DNA from: the human T2T-CHM13v2.0 reference genome, Homo sapiens
Assembly (NCBI RefSeq): GCF_009914755.1
Contig: NC_060926.1
Length of the DNA stretch: 64,000 nt
Reading direction: 5' to 3' (one strand)
The translations under genes and the position numbers were made by a program. Below, piece after piece: positions 59,911 to 64,000 of the stretch; the first letter of the stretch is position 1; every line of letters starts with the position of its first letter. The notes beneath the pieces were generated by a model, which searched no databases, was not told where the DNA came from, and saw only the letters and a list, made by a program, of their open reading frames with translations.

Positions 59911-61437
59911 ATTAATAATATGATTGTTCCCAAGGGAACATTCCAGGTCTGTCTGACCTCCTCTCCTCTCCAGGAGGAGGCATCTGTGCATTGACTACCA
60001 ACATCTCTCTTTTTAACTAATCGCTCCATCTCATTCTTCCACCTTCTCCATTTCTCCTCCCAACCCTGACATGCCATTGAATCTGTTTAATTCAAGCAAA
60101 TGCTCAGAGCCCCAGATCCCTGAATGCGACAGATTGAGAGGGTGGGGGTGGGGGTGGAGAATGGAGGAGCTTGTGTAATAGGACATAAATAAACTTGCAC
60201 ATGCTCTTCTTTTTAATTGCAGATTCTATCCCATCGCGGGGCAATTTTTATTTTGCCTTCTCTTGAATAAGTGGGAAGATGTTTTATTCATGTGTATCTT
60301 CCCAGCACGCAGCCCAGTAGGTGCTCAATGTGCGCTGAATGATTCGGTGCATTCGGTTCGGCTCCAGCCAACACGTATGCCAGGCGCTGTTGTAAGTGCC
60401 TCACATATACAAGCTCATTGAACACTCTGGTGCCGTTTTAAAGTCCTGGAGCTGAGCACTCTAAAGTCCGGCCAATAAAGGAAATGTGTTTGGTAGCCAC
60501 CCTCTTGATGGACATACCACTGAATCTCCAGCATGAGCTGTGTGGCTCCCGGTTCCTCCCCGCTTGCTTGTGGCACTGCTCCCCTCTAATATTTAGGAAG
60601 AGAGTTTCAGCACAAACTTCCAGCTGGGTGAATGGTGGGGCCTGAGGGACGGTGACAAAGCTGAACACACACCTCGAGGGACCTCCACGTTTTCCAGTAG
60701 GGTTTGATTTGAACAGTGCCAAGAAATCCCCTCAGATTGCTGGAAACTGCAAACCATGGAGGCTTAACACACCATGCCACTGCCTGGCCAGACAGGCCTG
60801 GGTTCAAATCCCAGTCCCACCACGTGTGGAGCCAATTCCTCGCTGAGCCACAGCATCCTCCGGGGTGGAGCAGGGCACACACCCTGCCTCGTGGGGCTGT
60901 GGCAATATTACCCAGCTCACCGTGTGACATTTAGTGGGCACCTTCCTCACTCTGACAGCCAGCTGAGCACAGGCCACTAAGGAAAGAAGAATTCTGAGGG
61001 AGAGAGAAGAGGCCAAAGAAAGACAGAAAGGATGCCTCCTCCAAGAGCAGTCAGGCCGGGGTGGGACAGGGTGGTGGGCGGAGGTTGGCCGGGAGAGAGC
61101 CATTTACCGGCACAGTCAACAAACAAGGATTGGGAATATAAAGCTCGGCATTGTGCTAAGTGCTGAGGAAGTAAAAAGGAATTTTTATTTATAATTTATA
61201 CCCCACCTACTTCCAAAGAGAATTTTGAAGGTGACTCACAATGAAAACCACATATGCCGCAAGATCACGAAAATAGAAATAGAAAATCAAGTCCATGGAG
61301 ATGAAGAAAGGAAACCCACATTTATTTACCCCAGGTGCCGTGTCCTTGAATGCACTCCATCATTTAGTCCAGCAACCCCATTTTACAGATGAGGAAGACA
61401 AGCAAAGAGGCATGTCCAGGGCAGGCAAAGGTGCAAG

Positions 61438-61687
61438 CAGGGCTGACTTCTCCAATAGGCGCAGGGCCCAGGATACTCTTAGGGGCCCACTAAAATGTTT
61501 TAAAATTTCTTTTAAAATCAGAAGAAGAGAAGAGAACATTGAGGTTGAAAAAATGTTTTAATATATGATATTAATAGATTCGTCTTTATGCCAACACAAT
61601 AGTAACATATATTTAATTTTTTAATGGAGGAGGGAGTCCACAACTATAAAAGTGCCTGGAGTCTACAAAAGTCACAATCCAGCCCAG
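61438..61687 (-). mobile_element. ORSL (hAT-Tip100 MITE) inserted in a MIR
   Basis: cagggctgacttctccaatagg...aggggcccactaaaatgttttaaaatttcttttaaaatcagaag...aaagtcacaatccagcccag matches recalled consensus. Confidence 0.7.
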
Positions 61688-61901
61688 GCCACAAACCCAG
61701 GCCAGCCAAACTCCAACTCTTGTGCCCCTTCCACACTTGTGCAAGAACATTTGTTGTCACTGAATGTAACATGCGAGTCAGCTCTGCAGCTGAAAAGAGG
61801 CCACAATGAGATAAATCTTAGTTTCATAAAAAGGATGTGCAGTGGGGAAACATTTACTCACACTACAATGCAATTGTGGGGAAAAAGTGTAACTTTTACA
61901 A

Positions 61902-62032
61902 TTTTCTTTCTTTTTTTTTTTTTTTAGCGATGGGTTCTTGATGTGTTGCCCAGGTTGGACTAAAACTCCTGGGCTCAAGTGATCTGCCTGCCTCTGCCTC
62001 CCGAGTAGCTTACATGCCACTACACCTGGCTA
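61902..62032 (-). mobile_element. Alu/FLAM fragment
   Basis: Poly-T then tgttgcccaggttggactaaaactcctgggctcaagtgatc. Confidence 0.75.
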
Positions 62033-63600
62033 AAATTTTCTTTATAATGAATGTCTTCTTATCAGTTTCACTGGGAAGCAGGCGGGTAAAATCCTAAATT
62101 GTATCCAATTTGGTAAATTTCAAGCTTGATTTAGTAATCAAAATTGTCTTTCATAGATAACTTGGCTCACTCACGTAAATGTCAGCCTTTTGGAGACTGC
62201 TCTCTCTGGCTGCTGAATCCCCGTGTGGCAGGTGATTCCTATCAGAGTCTTGCACAGCCCAGGAGGGAGGCCCCTGGGTTCCCGTGGCATTGCCTGGATC
62301 TTCACAGCCTGCTCCTTGAGCTCATGACTGCTATGATGGGATGGCCCCATCTTGCTTTCTGGGGCGCTGTGCCAGGAGCTGTCGCTGGAGCCCATGGTCC
62401 CTGCCAGCTTTCCTAGTGGTCACTCAGTCCTGTCACCAGGCCTCTGCCTTTCTGCTGGCACTCTCAACACCTGCTCAGGTGCTGTCTCAGGCTCCCCTAC
62501 CTCCTACTTCCTGCGCTACCTCCAGGCCTTCATGTGGGTGCTTCTCCTGGACCCAGCGTACCTGGAGAAGGGTGCCTCCAGCCCAGACGCTCCCTGCGGC
62601 CTTCAGACATGCTTTAAAAGCATGTGTTTAAAAGCTCCCAACTTTCTAGGTTGTGCCCTGACACACTGGTGGGGAAGGTGGGGAAGGTAATAATGGTAGT
62701 GGCAGAGAAGAGCTCTGGTGCCTGATCTACCTGTTCTCTCCCTATCCCCCTTCCCCTTCCCATAGTCTATGAGGATAGAGAGATAAACTTTCCTTCATCA
62801 TCTTCTAAAATGTAGTCAGTCAGGCCTACCTCTTGATGTGCTAAAAGAGGGTCAAAGGAATTTAGTAAACCTTGACTCTCTCGACATCTAGCTTTCTGTC
62901 TGAGACTCAGACATTACCCCAATGTACAAGAAACTCCAGAACAACAAGGTTTACAGGACATGAAAATGTATCTAAAGACAATTCCAGAAAGTATTAATCC
63001 CATTGCAGACATATGTTAGTTCAACAGGAGAGACTAACTATACTGACACTTAATTCCAACACAATATATTATATGAATCCTTATGTAGGGAACATCGAAC
63101 AACACGATGAACACCATCTCAAATATTTATTTGGCAAACCTTCTTCCAATAGCTGTTTGTTCTATCAACCCTCAATAAAAGTAGGCCAGAACATTAGGCA
63201 CTTCCCTGGTGAAAGGGCCTGATCTTGGTGAGTCTAGTTGTGCTGTATCTGGTGTTCTTACATCTGGATGCAACTTAGACACCCCAGAGACAATGGCGTA
63301 GCATAGCACATGTCGCTTCTTTCAGCCAGTGCTAGGATGTGGGAACAAAGGCACAGTCCATCTCTCTCACCCTGAAGAAGGGCAGAGAGAGCTTCAAAAA
63401 GGGATATGGGCACAGCCAACCTCTCAACCATCACAATTTTTTTTTTGACTATTAGTTATGATTCAAACTATGAAGCAGAAATGGCTTGGGAGTTTTGAGA
63501 GGAAATGACTCAACAAATACAAAATATTGGAGAAGAGATCAGACTCCAGGATCTTCTACATTCAGGCTAGAGATATGCAACTATCAACAGTCTGGATATA

Positions 63601-63880
63601 GCTGGGTGGTTCATGCCCATAATCCCAGCACTTTGGGAGGCTGAGATGGGAAGATCGCTTGAACTCATGAGTTCAAGACCAACCTGGACAACATGGTGAA
63701 ACCCTGTCTCTATGAAAAATACAAAAATTAGCCAGGCATGGTGGTCTGCGCCTGTAGTTACTACTCGGGAGGCTGAGGTGGGTGGAAGCCTTGAGCCGAG
63801 GAGGTGGAGGTTGCAGTGAGCTTAGATTGTGCCAGTGCACTCCAGCCTGGGCAGTAGTGCCAGACCTTGTCTCAAGAATG
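63601..63880 (+). mobile_element. AluJ, A-tail largely lost
   Basis: TSD agtctggatata on both sides. Confidence 0.88.
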
Positions 63881-64000
63881 TAAAGTCTGGATATAAATTA
63901 TGATTCTTAGTCTCACTCTAGAAGGCTGTGGGTAGTTGCTTGAGCCAGAAAGAAGATGATTGTGAGGAAAATCAAGATCTTTGCATTGGAAAGAGATCAT

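Noticed and set aside
57400-62700. Dense overlapping 60-137 aa ORFs in GC-richer DNA
   Set aside because: Present on both strands without domain signatures; expected from lower stop-codon frequency.

Overview
Primate, almost certainly human, genomic DNA from the SOCS5 locus (2p21 from memory). The window covers the 3' end of the long SOCS5 intron (1-15350) and the single coding/terminal exon (acceptor at 15349-15350, intact 536-aa CDS 15363-16973, AU-rich 3' UTR to about 19.6 kb). The remaining ~44 kb is repeat-rich intergenic DNA with no other credible protein-coding gene; the other ORFs are Alu, L1, transposon or simple-repeat read-outs, or chance. Repeat names come from recalled consensus sequences and boundaries are approximate unless TSDs/TIRs are given. 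Most notable: (1) an intronic MER41B LTR with two intact STAT GAS sites 21 bp apart, 4.7 kb upstream of the coding exon of a JAK-STAT inhibitor, with a MER41A lacking exactly those 43 bp in the same intron; (2) a ~400-bp Ig switch-mu-like (GAGCT)n array with about 40 AGCT AID-hotspot motifs beside a TATA/GC-box cluster; (3) a Ricksha MULE transposon carrying an ERVL LTR inside a ~11-kb ancient L1 nest; (4) a near full-length hAT-Charlie fossil with readable transposase motifs. I cannot claim a genuinely new biological system from sequence alone; items 1 and 2 are the best testable hypotheses.
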